A stretch of 64,000 bases of DNA from Paragordius varius (lineage: Eukaryota; Animalia; Nematomorpha). The notes under the pieces are model-generated. The model was not told the DNA's origin. It worked only from the letters and a program-made list of their open reading frames with translations, and did no database searches. Made by a program: the position numbers and the translations under genes. The stretch spans positions 11,718,001-11,782,000 of the forward strand of contig OZ176051.1 of assembly GCA_964247055.1 (NCBI GenBank). The letters are read 5' to 3'. Below are positions 37,328-51,400 of this stretch, piece by piece (position 1 is the stretch's first letter; the number at the start of each line of letters is the position of its first letter).

Positions 37328-37762
37328 CACAGTGAGAAATTTAAGTAGTAATTTAAATTTGTATAAATCAATAAAAATGAATTCGATAGCGTTAATTTAA
37401 AGAGGAATGAAAAATTTTAAAAAAATTGATGAAAGTTTTACAGTCATTACATTAACTCTTGGGATTTTTACCAATATATACCAATTTGTTCAAATTCACC
37501 CTTAAATTAAAATTCACTTTCGAACAATTTAAATTTACCATAAAATAAATGATCCTTTTTAAGATAAAAAATTACTTAAATTTTTTATATTGAAAATGGT
37601 TAAAATAAAATTGATATTGAACTAACAATAAACTATTCCGTAAAGATATATTTCTTTTAATGAGGAGTTATATTCCCGAAAAACATTATAATATAGTGAA
37701 TTAAATGTTCAAGGGTAAATTTGAATTGTAAATGGTATATTATGAATTCAGTTCTCACTGTG
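37328..37762. mobile_element. Putative MITE with CACAGTGAGAA / TTCTCACTGTG termini in NALF intron 2
   Basis: Perfect 11-bp TIR plus an internal inverted repeat (about 37489-37517 versus 37697-37726). No TSD detected. Confidence 0.6.
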
Positions 37763-38481
37763 TTCAATAGATTTTAAATATAAGGGACCTGAACTCAATA
37801 GCTAAATTTGACAATATAAATGTTATTTTTCTCCTAATACCAATCATGTCATATATAAAGGTATTTTGTTGTTTAAATTAACAATTTAAAAACTAAAACC
37901 GTTAATATAATAAGATATGATTATATTTAAATAAAAAAAAGTATAAGTCAGATTTTATATTAAATTATAAAGGCTTCTACATAAAGTTTGAAATCTGTCT
38001 GAATGAAATTTTTTTAATTAGTAAATCCCATCAATGAATGTATGCATAACACATGAGAATACGACAATATTTGTTATAATTTTAGGATTATGTGCTGTAT
38101 ATATAAATTTTTATTCCAGACAATCCTACTAAAAACTTTTAAATAATAGTTCAGTTTAAATATTCTTTGGTTTTTAAAGTGCTATTTTATTTGTATTCAC
38201 CCTATAAGAAAACGCATTTTAAATTTTTCTGCTTAATTTAAAGCAAAAATCGAATAGTGTTTTGGGAACAACCGTTTAAAATTTTTTTTGCATAAAATTT
38301 ATAACGGTTATGTTCAAGAGCATTTAATTATCTTTAATTCATCTAAAAATCGAAAATTGGTTAAACAGAGTTATTATTATTTTTAAAACACAATTAATAT
38401 CATTTTTTATCCTCTCTCTCACAATTTTGTAACAAAGTTTTATAATTTATTTTGTTTGTATGTAATATTGTTCCATTTCAG

Positions 38482-38681
38482 AATTAATCATTGATCCTAC
38501 ATGTTTCTCAATGTGCCAAATCACACATTTTAAATCTGGTGAGGCAACTTCCATAGACACATACATTAAGGAATATTGCAGTTATCAAAAGCAAGTCTCC
38601 AAACGGAACGCGTCTTGTTCAAGGCCAATGGCATATAGCCACATATATTTTAACAACAACAGTAATAAAAATAACAGTTAG
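38482..38681 (+). CDS. NALF1: NALF/FAM155-like gene, probable last coding exon 3
   Basis: Acceptor TTCCATTTCAG|, phase-1 compatible. Reads (E)LIIDPTCFSMCQITHF...EYCSYQKQVSKRNASCSRPMAYSHIYFNNNSNKNNS*, supplying further cysteines. Confidence 0.7.
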
Positions 38682-39076
38682 TTTATTATGATTATAATAG
38701 TTTTAACTAAAGGATAATAGACAAAAAAATGACTGCTCTGTACACAAGGATATTATATGCCAATACAAGATTAGTTCTTACATCGTATAATATGTTGTGT
38801 ATTAAAACAATTTTAAAGAGATGGATAGATATGCAATCAAACATAACATCAAAATTTCAAATCTATTTAAGATTTATACTATTATTATTAATAATAATAA
38901 TAGTATCGATAATTATTATAGTATCTTGTCAAATTATACAATAAAAATGACAGAGTTTCACATTCACAAAATTTTTATATTAGATATGTTTATAAACAAT
39001 CATTTTAAACAACCAAATATTAAAGAGTTAGTTTTTGATCATTAGGATGATATGATGTATTTAGTGAATTATATGA

Positions 39077-39113
<37 letters not shown>

Positions 39114-40574
39114 CTATTGTATTTATGTAAAATAATGTAAAATAATTCATGCATTAATTATTTTCAGCATTTATATTAATATGAATATTATGATTGTATA
39201 ATTAATTAAATAATAAAATTTTGCAATATCTTATCTGTACTACCTTCTTCAATAAATTTAATTTCAATTAAAACAAATACGATTAAATTATTTTATAAAT
39301 TATTTAGTAAATAATTAAATTTAAGGCATATATATATATATATATTAAGGAAAAAAATCTGTTTCACTGTGCCAAAAATGAATATCTAATAATAAATGTT
39401 TATAAATCATATCTCAGAAAAACTTCAAGTTACTGACCACAAAATGATAAAAGGGGTAAAAATAGGAAAAAAAGTTGGATTTTTCCGCTATAAAATAATA
39501 TCAAAAAATCGCATTTATCAAGCACATCTGGTCATATAAAATTTATACAATAGAATACAACGCGTGAACTAAATTTTATTTGCAACTATGTAACATAAGC
39601 ATAATCCCCTTAACGAAAACTATATTCCTAGAAATATTTTAAAATTATGGTAAATAACGCACTTTGGCCTCAAATTGCATCATAGAAACTTATATACGAT
39701 AAAACTTTTATTTTAACTCACATATATTTACCATATATTTAGAAAGTTTACCCAATATACCGTGTTTAAAAAATGTAACTTTTTTAAAGCAGGAATAGCT
39801 TTAAATTTTTTAAATTATAAAATTGATTCTTTGATTAAATATTTTCCATTTTATTTAATCTGTATTTTGGACAAAACGGAAATTAAAAACATAGTCGATA
39901 AATATTATTTCTTCGATTTTGAAAGTATTTGTATTATTCATATAGTATCTAACATTATACGATATTCCGTTTTGGTAATTACTAACAATTTTTTTTAAAA
40001 AGGCCAAATCATTAATTAAATGGGTATATTGGATAAGCTTTATATCAAATAAATTATATTAGATAAATAAAAGTAAAAAATTTTACCGCAAAATAGCAAG
40101 TTAAATTTCAAATTTCTTACGTACGGTTTTAATTCTTGTAACTTTTTATTGAAACTTCTAAAAAACATGTAAAAAATCTTCAATAGCTTCTAGGATTTTT
40201 GTTTACTAACAATATAAATTATATTGACGCGTTAACCTCTATTATATTTAATTTTCTTCAACCTAATGTATAAAAATGAGATTTTTTGATTGTTACTAAT
40301 AGTAAAAAAAGCTTTATAACTTGATCTAGCGCCTTAATCAGTTTGATGTTCATCTGAACCTTTAAGTTCTTGAATATATGATCCAATTTTTATTTCTCTG
40401 TGCCCGTCGTTTAAAAAAGCTATAGAGATATCTATTGATGACATATAAATATTGAATAGGGTATCACTCTAATAGAAACATATCTGTCAATTTATAGCAT
40501 GTGTAATGGCTATGTAGTTTAGAGGCAGATCCCTTATAACAGAAATTTAAACGTTTTATTATAGGGTATCATAT

Positions 40575-41205
40575 TATGATTGTTGGAAATATTAATTGAG
40601 GGTGAAAATATATGGTTAATTTTTGAAAACATCAAGATGTTATTCAGTATTTGATTTTGGAAATATTATTTGATTTTTGAAAACATATAATTTTATTGTT
40701 TAAAATATTATTTGATTGTTGAATACGGTTGATTTTTGAAAACATTAGGATGTTATTGAGTAATATATTTTGATTTTGGAAATATTATTTATTGTTGAAA
40801 AAATATGGTTTCTTGTAAATACTAAAATATTATTGGGAATAAAATTTATTTGTTGGAAATAGTATTTGATGTTGGATATATTATTTGATAGTTGAAAAAA
40901 TATGATTGATTGTTGGATATACAAAAAAATTATTGTGTAATAAAATTTGTTGTAGGAAATATTATTTATTGTTGAAAAAATATGGTTTCTTATACTAAAA
41001 TATTATTGAGGAATAAAATTTGATTGTTCGAAATATTATTTGATAGTTGAAAAAATATGATTGATTGTTGGATATACTAAAATATTATTGGGTATTATAT
41101 ATTTTGATTGTTAAAAATATTATTTTATTGATGAAAATTTAAGAATGATTTGGAATAATATATTATATGACATAATATTTTAATTGTTGGAATTGTTGGG
41201 ATAAT
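40575..41205 (+). repeat. AT-rich satellite, degenerate edge block (GATTGTTGG orientation)
   Basis: Degenerate GATTGTTGGAAATA / AAAAATATGGTT subunits. Confidence 0.85.
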
Positions 41206-44021
41206 TTAGTTTTCCAACAATTATTCATAATTTTTTCAACAATCAAATAATATTTAAACAATCAAAATATATTACCTAAAAATATTTTAGTATTTCTCAA
41301 GCATATTTCTTCAATAATTAAATAATATTTTGAACAATAAAAATTTATTACCCAATAATGTTTTAATATTCCCAAAAATCAACCATATATTTTCAACAAT
41401 TAAAATATATAACCCAATAATATTTTAGTATTCGTAACAATCACACATATTTTTACAATCAAATAATATTTCCAACACTCAAATTTCGCAATAATATTTT
41501 AAGATTTCCAACAATCAACCATATTTTTTCATCAATCAAATAATATTTCCAATCAAAACATATAACCTAATAATATTTTATCATTTCCAACAATCAACCA
41601 TATTTTTTCAACAATCTAATAAAATTTTTAACAAACAAAATTTTATACTCAAAATTTTTGCATTTCGAACAATCAACCATATTTCGTCAACAATCTAATA
41701 AAATTTTGAACAATCAAAATATATTACCCAATAATGTTTTAGTATTTCCAACATTTAACCATATTCTTTCAACAATGAAATAATATCTCCAACAATCAAA
41801 ATATATTAGCCATTATTTTTTAGATTTCCAACAACCAAATAATATTTCCAACAAATAAAAGTATTATTCAATAATATTTTAGTATTTCCAACAATCAATT
41901 ATATTTTAACAATTAACCAACAATCAAAATATATTACTAACAAATTTTTATATTCCCAACAATAAACCATATTTTTTCAACAATCAAATAATATTTCCAA
42001 CAATCAAACATTATTACCCAATAATATTTTAGTATTTCCATCAATCAACCATATTTTTTAACAATTAATATTTCCCCATAAATCAACCATATTTTTACAA
42101 CAATAAAATAATATTTAAAACAATCAATTTTTATTACCCAATAAAATTGAAGTATATCCAACAATCAACCATATTTTTTAACAATCAAATAATATTTCCA
42201 ACAATCAAATTGTATCACTCAATAATAATTTACTATTTTCAAAAATCATATTTTAAATCAAACATTATTACCCAATAATATTTTAGTATTTCCAACAATT
42301 AACCACATATTTTTAACAATCCAATAATTATCCCAACAATCAAAATATATTAACCATTATTTTTTATATTTCCAAGATCAACCATATATTTTCACCAATC
42401 AAATAATATTTAATCAAAATATATTACCCAATAATATTTTAGTATTTGCTAGAAACCATATTTTTTCAATAATCAAATAATATTTCCAACAATCAAATTA
42501 CCCAATAATGTTTTAGTATATCCAACAATCAACCATATATTTTCAACAATGAAATAATATTTAAACAATCAAAACATATTACCCAATAATATTTTAATAT
42601 TGACAAGAAACCATATTTTTTCAACAATCAAATAATATTTTCAACAATGAAATATTATTAAGCAATAATATTTTAGTATTTACAACAATCCACCATATAA
42701 TTTCAACATGCAAATTATATTTACAACAATCATAATATATTACCCAAAAAATTTTGGTATATCCAACAATCAACCATATTATTAAACAATGAAATAATAT
42801 TTCTAACCATAAAAATATATTATCCAAGAATATTTAAGTTTTTCCAACAATCAACCATATATTTTCAAAAATCAAATAATTATCCCTACAATCAAAATAT
42901 ATTACTCAAAATCTTTTTGTATTTCCAACAATAAACCATATTTTTTCAACAATCAAATAAAATTTCCAACAATCACATCTTTATACTCAAGACTTTTTAG
43001 TATTTCCAACAATCAACCATATTTGTCAACAATCTAATAAAATTCCGATCAATCAAAATATAATACCCAAGAATAATTTAGTATTTCCAACAATTAACCA
43101 CATATTTTTAACAATCAAATAATAAATCCATAAATCAGCCATATTTTTACAACAAAAAAATAATATTAACAATCAATTTTTATTATCCAATAAGATTGAA
43201 GTATATCCAACAATCAACCATATTTTTTAACAATCAAATAATATTTCTAACAATCAAATTTTATTACCCAAATAACTTTAGTTTATCCAACAATCAACCA
43301 TATATTTTCCATAAACAAAATTTCCAACAATCAAATTGTATCACTCAATACTACTTAGTATATTTCCAACAATCAACCATATTTTTTCAACAATCAAATA
43401 ATATTTTCAACAATCAAATTTTAGTACCCAATAAAATTTAAGTATATCCAACAATCAACCATATTTTTTAACAATTAATATTTCCATAAATCAACCATAT
43501 TTTTACAACAATAAAATAATATTTAAAACAATCAATTTTTATTACCCAATAAAATTGAAGTATATCCAACAATCAACCATATTTTTTAACAATTAAATAA
43601 TATTTCCAACAATCAAATTGTATCACTCAATAATAATTTACTATTTCCAAAAATCATATTTTTTCCACAATCAAATAATATTTCCAACAATCAAACATTA
43701 TTACCCAATACAATTTTAGTATTTCCAACAATCAACCATATTTTTTCAACAATCAAATAATATTTCCAACAATGAAATTTTATTACCCAATAATATTTTA
43801 GTCCCTACAAACAAAGTTTTTTTAACAATCAAATAATATTTCCAACAATCAAATATAATTTCTTATGAATATTTTAGTATTTCCAACAATTAACCACATA
43901 TTTTTAACAATCCAATAATTATCCCAACAATCAAAATTTATTAACCATTATTTTTATATTTCCAACGATCAACCATATATTTTGAACAAAAATAATATTT
44001 CCAACAATCAAAATATATTAC

Positions 44022-47000
44022 TGATATAAAAAATGATGTATATATTTATTTACTATAATAAAAAAACTGAATAATATAATATGATCTGCGTGTTACAATG
44101 ATTTCTTATATACATTAGGAAATTTGATTATTGCATTCACAAGGATAAAGTTGTCTGATTTAAACGTTGTTAAAGATAATAAGTATAAATAAAATAATTT
44201 GCATTCACAACCAAGGTAATATATATTTTTAACGTAACAAGGACAAAAGTGTATTATGCACTAAAAAAGAGAAGGATAATTTGCGTATGATGATAACCCT
44301 TTTAACATACCTTCTTTTTTAAGCTTGATATCGGTCGGGTGGCTTTCAATATCGAATCGGGTACCGGCGAGTCGTAGTAGGAGAAGTGTCACTTGTTTAC
44401 ACGGGAGTATTCTCACTTGAAGGCGCACTTTCTGATTCCGGATTCTCCTCGATGTTTTCAGGGGTTCTTATTTCATGTTTCGTGGGATGTTTTCGGAGGT
44501 TATTATCATTGTTGTTAAAGTTTGCGGATGATGAGTTAGGAATGCTGATTGATACTTCCGGGTTATCTAGATTTTTAGTCTTTTCCTCACTTCTCCCGTC
44601 TTCTCCTTCGGCCGACAAATCCCTGCGATTCCTTAATTGATCAGCATGTTTGCGGATAATTTTGCCATTGTCGTTGACATTGCACGATAACCATCCCGTT
44701 CTGTCGACGATTTTCCCCTCCTCCAACCAGAACACAATTCATTCTTGATATATACCTTTTGCCCCTTTTCAAACTCCTACGAATGTCGGGAGTATCCATG
44801 AATTCGTTGGGTTTCGTTTTCATCTATGTAAATGGGCTTTGCATAGTTCTTTTAAAAACAAATGCGCGGGGGTCTCCTTCGTGGAACTGTGATGCGTGTT
44901 TCGGTAAGCCCATAAGATTTGGCTTAATTTTCGCACTGGATTTGCGGAAAGTGGGGTTCACTTTGAATAATGATTTTTTAGAGTGTAAATTACCCTCTCT
45001 ACCAACCCATTTGTTCGGGGGTGGTAGGGAGCTGATGTGACGTGTTTTATTTTAGAGGAAGCTAAAGTTCCCTCAAACTCCCCCGATTTAAAATAAGAGC
45101 CGTTATCAGTAACCACCACTTTTGGGTACCCATACCGGCAAAAACAGGTTTCTAAAAACTTTAGAATATTACCTGTATTCACAGAGCGTAACGTCTCTAC
45201 CTCAACCCAGCGGGTGCAATGATCAATTAGTACCACCCAGTATAAATTGTCAATGGGTCCGGCGATATCTAGGTGGCCGTTCCCATATGGTTGTATTTTC
45301 GTTCCATTGATAGGTGGGATTTTCGGGTACATTTGGGCGCAGCCTTTGGCAATTTTGGCAACTACGCACCCATTTTTTGATATCTTGGCTCAAATCGGGC
45401 CAATAAACCTTTTCACGGCTTAATAGTTTCATGGTTAGTATTCCCGGATGGCCACTATGCAGGTATCTTAAAATATCTGGCTTAATTTTTTTCGGGATTA
45501 TTACCTGATCTCCCACAAATAATAGATCTTATGCATCCTCAATTTCATTTTTTATTGCGATGAAAGGCTTGACCAGGGGGTCCGTCCAATTATTAGACCT
45601 TAGGACTACTCTTAATTTTGCTATCGTAGGATCCTTTATATACTCTTGATAGATAATTTCTCTATTTAAATATAATTCGTTGGACCAAATCAAATGAACA
45701 TTGCTACTTTCATCGTCTTTCTCAAAACCCATCGGCTCCTGGTTTTCAATGGGTAGTCTCGATAGGCAGTCAGCTATGTTTTCTATACCAGGCTGATATT
45801 CTATGTTAAAATCGAATATCGATGTTCTAGTTATCCAGCGTACTAGTTTACAATTATTAATTTTACTTAGATCTCTTTGTGGCCCAAATAGTTTCACTAA
45901 AGGTTTGTGGTCCGTTTGTATTATAAATTTTCTGCCATACAAAAAGGTTTTAAACTTCTCTAACGCTATTAGGATAGCTTTTGCTTCTCGCTCAATTACT
46001 GAATAGTTTTCTTCAGCCTGAGAGCATTTTTTTGACGTGTAGCCGATCGGGCGATTACCCGCTGTTGTTCTATTTGATAAAATAGCACCGTATCCCGACA
46101 TTGACGCGTCGGTTTCCAAGACTATAGGTAGTTTGGGATTATACGGATGCAAGGAACTACTCTGGCAGATCAAGTCTTTAGCTTTTTTGAATATCGAATC
46201 ATGCGTTAGCGTCCAACACCATTTTTGTTTGTTACCTGCTAATTTATGTAGTTCTCCCATTGAAATGCTTAGGGAAGGGATGAATTTTGCATGAAAATTA
46301 AGTAAACCCAAAAATGATCTAAGAGTGGTTTTGTTGGTCGGGGTCGGGCACTCTTGGATGGCTTTAATTTTATTTGGGGAGGGTTTAATGCAATTTTCAG
46401 AAATAATATGACCAAGATATTCCACAGATGGTTGAAAAAGTTTTATTTTATCTTTGCGCAATTTTAATCCCATTGTACGATTAATATTGTATGCATGTAT
46501 GAAAATATTATTGTTATGAAAATCTAGTGCTGGTTTGCCTAGACGGCACCAGTTTTTATAATTTATGATTGAAATATCGGCACCCGTATCAATAATCATT
46601 TCAATAGGAAAATTATTTATTTTAGGAACGATTTGGGTTTTTTTTGTCTTATTAAAAAGGGAATATGCTTTAAACGTTACCTTACAACATCGAGCAAAGT
46701 GGATTGAACGATGGCATCTATAACATTCTTTCCCATAGGCAGGGCAATGTCCCAACGTATGAGTCCTCCCACATTTTGTGCAGGTTCGTCGGTTATTATT
46801 ACTATTGTTGCTTTTTGATTGGTGAAGTGTGGCTATTTCGTTTATTTCACCATTACTACTGTGGTTCTTATTATTGTTACTTTTATTATCATTATCAATA
46901 TTGATGGACAGCACTTCTGTATTCGTTAGTACATTTCGTGCCTTCTCATGTGATAAAGCAATATTTACCACAGTGTTTAGAGAAACGGGAGCCCCGTTTT

Positions 47001-47765
47001 CTAAAGCCTCCGGGAACCGTGTAAATAGCTCCATCTCCACTTCTTGCTCATCTAATCCCGCGATGAATACATCTCTGATGTGCTCGTCAATGTTTGACGA
47101 GAACCGGCAGTGGATGGCCATTTGTTTAACTCTTAACAAGAATTCTGTGAACGTTTCCATTCTCCCTTTCTTCATTTTAATTAAAACAAAACGCGAAGAA
47201 AAAATATTCCTTGAGGGGGAGAAGATTTTTATACCGGCGTTTAATAGATCTGGGAATGGTATGTTGTCTATTGCTTGTGGATAGAAATAATTTTAAATTT
47301 TATTAATATTTTCGATTTCACCGAAAGCCAACAAACATGCTTTCATATTTTCATCGGTGGCTGCGACATTCTTGACCTCCAAATTGCGTTTAATATATGT
47401 AATATAATTTGTAAACTCAACATTTGGATTAAAACATGATAAATTAATTTTTTCCATAGCCTCGAATAGCCGCGCCACTTTATATAAAAAAGGATATATA
47501 TATTTATTTAGTATAATAAAAAAACTGAATAATATAATATGATCTGCGTGTTACAATGATTCCTTATATACATTAGGAAATTTGGTTATTGCATTCACAA
47601 GGATAAAGTTGCCTGATTTAAACGTTGTTAAAGATAATAAGTATAAATAAAATAATTTGCATTCACAACCAAGGTAATATATATTTTTAACGTAACAAGG
47701 ACAAAAGTGTATTATGCACTAAAAAAGAGAAGGATAATTAGCGTATGATGATAACCCTTTTAACA
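44022..47765 (-). mobile_element. Ty3/gypsy (Mag-like) LTR retrotransposon A, both LTRs intact, RT core deleted, non-functional
   Basis: 286-bp LTRs at 44022-44307 and 47480-47765 (8 differences counted by eye). 5-bp TSD ATTAC, PBS TGGCGCGGCTATTCGAG, PPT AAAAAAGAAGGTA. Gag, twin CCHC, protease IIDTGADIS, RT thumb, RNase H ETDAS...TDHKPL and integrase HHCC plus LDIAG...TDNG...NGLVER. Confidence 0.96.
44397..47478 (-). pseudogene. gag-pol pseudogene of element A
   Basis: One gag-PR-RH-IN frame broken by in-frame stops (47293-47295, 45529-45531, 44958-44960 and about 44825) and frameshifts near 45275 and 44750. Confidence 0.92.
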
Positions 47766-48494
47766 ATTACCTAATAATATTTTAGTATTCCCAACAATCA
47801 ACCATATTTTTTCAATAATTAACTAATATTTTTAACAATCAAATTTTATTACCCAATAATGTTTTAGCATTTACAAGAAACCATATTTTTTGAACAATCA
47901 AATAATATTTCCAACAATCAAAATATTTATCCAATAATATTTTTATATTTCCAACAATCAATTATATAATTTCAACAATATAATTATCTCAACAATCAAA
48001 ATATATTACCCAACAATTTTTAATATTTCCAACAATAAACCATATTTCAACAATCAAATAAAATTTCCAACAATCAAAAATCTTTACTCAAGAATTTTTA
48101 GTATTAGCAACAATCAACCATATTTAGTCAACATTCTAATAAAATTTTGAACAATCAAAATATATTACCCAATAATATTTTAGTATTTCCAACAATTAAC
48201 CACATACTTTTAACAATCCAACCAACAATCAAAATATATTAACCATTATTTTTATATTTTCAACGATCAACCATATATTTTCAACAATCAAATAACAACA
48301 ATCAAAACATATTACTATTTTAGTATTTACATAAAACCATATTTTTTCAACAATCAAATAATATTTCCAACAATGAAATTTTATTACCAATAATATTTTA
48401 ATATTTACAACAATCAACCATAATAAAAGCAAATATTATTTCCAACAAAAAAATATATTACCCAAGAATTTTTGAGTATTTCCAAAATTTCAAC

Positions 48495-51400
48495 TTGGAA
48501 ATATTATTTGATTGTTGAAAAAATGTGGTTGATTGTTGATAATACTAAAATATAATTGGTTAAAAAATTTTATTGTTATAAATATTATATTATTGTAAAA
48601 ACATATCGTTGATTATTTAAAATACTAAAATAATATTGGGTAATAAAATATGTTGTTGGAAATATAATTTGATTGTTTATAAAATATGGTTGTATGTTGG
48701 AAATACTAAAATATTATTGGGTAATAAAATTTCATTTAAAATATTATTTGATTGTTAAAAAAATATGGGTGATTGTTGGAAATACTAAAAAATTCTTGGG
48801 TAATATATGTAGATTGTTGGAAAACTAAAATATTATTGGTTAATATATTTTGATTGTTGGGAATATTATTTGATTGTTTAAAAAATATGGTTGAGTTTTG
48901 GAAATACTAAAATATTCTTAGGTAATATATTTTGATTGTTGGAAATAATAAAATATTTGTGGGTAATATATTTTGATTGTTGGGAGTTTTATTTGATTGT
49001 TGAAAAAATATGGTTGATTGTTGGAAATACTAAAATATTATTGGTTAATATATTAAATTGTTGGGAATATTATTTGATTGTTTAAAAAATATGGCTGATT
49101 GTTGGAAATACTAAAATATTCTTGGGTAATATATGTTGATTGTTGGAAAACTAAAATATTATTGGGTAATATATGTTCATTGTTGGAAAACTAAAATATT
49201 ATTGGTTAATATATTTTGATTGTTGGCAATATTATTTGATTGTTTAAAAAATATGGGTGAATGTTGGAAATACTATAATATTATTGGGTAAGTTAAAAAA
49301 ATATGGTTGATTGTTGGAAATACTAAAATATTCTTAGGTAATATATTTTGATTGTTGGAAATAATAAAATATTTGTGGGTAATATATTTTGATTGTTGGG
49401 AGTTTTATTTGATTGTTGAAAAAATATGGTTGATTGTTGGAAATACTAAAATATTCTTGGGTAATATATGTTGATTGTTGGAAAACTAAAATATTATTGG
49501 GTAATATATGTTCATTGTTGGAAAACTAAAATATTATTGGTTAATATATTTTGATTGCTGGTAATATTATTTGATTGTTTAAAAAATATGGGTGAATGTT
49601 GGAAATACTATAATATTATTGGGTAAGTTAAAAAAATATGGTTGATTGTTGGAAATACTAAAATATTCTTAGGTAGTATATTTTGATTGTTGGAAGTACT
49701 AAAATATTCTTAGGTAGTATATTTTGATTGTTGGAAGTAATAAAATATTTGTGGGTAATATATTTAGATTGTTGGGAATATTATTTGATTGTTGAAAAAA
49801 TATGGTTGATTGTTGGAAATGCTAAAATATTTTTGGGTAAGTTAAAAAAATATGGTTGATTGTTAGAAATAATAAAATATTTATGGGTAATATATGTTAA
49901 TTGTTGGAAAACTAAAATATTATTGGTTATAATATTTAGATTGTTGGGAATATTATTTGATTGTTGAAAAAACATGGTTGATTTTTGGAAATACTAAAAT
50001 ATTCTTGGGTAATATATTTTGATTGTTGGAAATAATAAAATATTTGTGGTTAATATATTTTGATTGTTGGGAATTTGATTGTTAAAAAATATGGGTGATT
50101 TGTTGGAAATACTAAAATATTCTTAGGTAATATATTTTGATTGTTGGAAATAATAAAATATTTGTGGGTAATAAATTTTGATTGTTGGGAGTTTTATTTG
50201 ATTGTTAAAAAATATGGGTGATTGTTGGAAATACTAAAATATTCTTAGGTAATATATTTTGATTGTTGGAAATAATAAAATATTTGTGGGTAATATATTT
50301 TGATTGTTGAAAGTTTTATTTGATTATGAAAAAATATGGTTGATTGTTGGACATACTAAAAAATTCTGGGGTAATATATGTTGATTGTTAGAAAACTAAA
50401 ATATTATTGGTTAATATATTTAGATTGTTGGGAATATTATTTGATTGTTGAAAATATATGGTTGATTGTTGGAAATGCTAAAATATTTTTGGGTGAGTCA
50501 AAAAAATATGGTTGATTGTTGGAAATAATAAAATATTCATGGGTACGTTGAAAAAATATGGTTGATTGTTGGACATACTAAAAAATTCTTGGGTAATATA
50601 TGTTGATTGTTGGAAAACTAAAATATTATTGGTTAATATATTTAGATTGTTGGGAATATTATTTGATTGTTGAAAAAATATGGTTGATTTTTGGAAATAC
50701 TAAAATATTCTCGGGTAATATATTTTGATTGTTGGAAATAATAAAATATTTTTGGGTAATATATTTTGATTGTTGGGAGCTTTATTTGATTGTTGAAAAA
50801 ATATGGTTGATTGTTGGAAATACTAAAATATTCTTAGGTAATATATTTTGATTGTTGGAAGTACTAAATTATTTGTGGGTAATATATTTAGATTGTTGGG
50901 AAAATTATTTGATTGTTGAAAATATATGGTTGATTGTTGGAAATACTAAAATATTCTTAGGTAATATATTTTGATTGTTGGAAGTACTAAATTATTTGTG
51001 GGTAATATATTTAGATTGTTGGGAATATTATTTGATTGTTGAAAATATATGGTTGATTGTTGGAAATAATAAAATATTTGTGGGTAATATATTTTGATTG
51101 TTGAAAGTTTTATTTGATTATGAAAAAATATGGTTGATTGTTGGACATACTAAAAAATTCTGGGGTAATATATGTTGATTGTTAGAAAACTAAAATATTA
51201 TTGGTTAATATATTTAGATTGTTGGGAATATTATTTGATTGTTGAAAATATATGGTTGATTGTTGGAAATGCTAAAATATTTTTGGGTGAGTCAAAAAAA
51301 TATGGTTGATTGTTGGAAATAATAAAATATTCATGGGTACGTTGAAAAAATATGGTTGATTGTTGGACATACTAAAAAATTCTTGGGTAATATATGTTGA

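Larger units (their letters stand above)
41210..48494 (-). repeat. Same satellite in inverted orientation (CCAACAATC), interrupted by LTR element A
   Basis: Reverse-complement subunits CCAACAATCAAAATATATTACCC and CAATCAACCATATTTTT. The phase of the satellite is continuous across the ATTAC TSD. Confidence 0.93.

Noticed and set aside
38729-39998. ORFs 38729-38944, 38821-39045 and 39762-39998
   Set aside because: They are low-complexity AT-rich sequence in the probable NALF 3' UTR or flank, with no motifs.
42621-49975. Short ORFs in the satellite (42621-42827, 43196-43441, 48229-48432, 49781-49975) with QQSNNI or hydrophobic repeats
   Set aside because: They are direct translations of satellite monomers, and neighbouring monomers contain stops.
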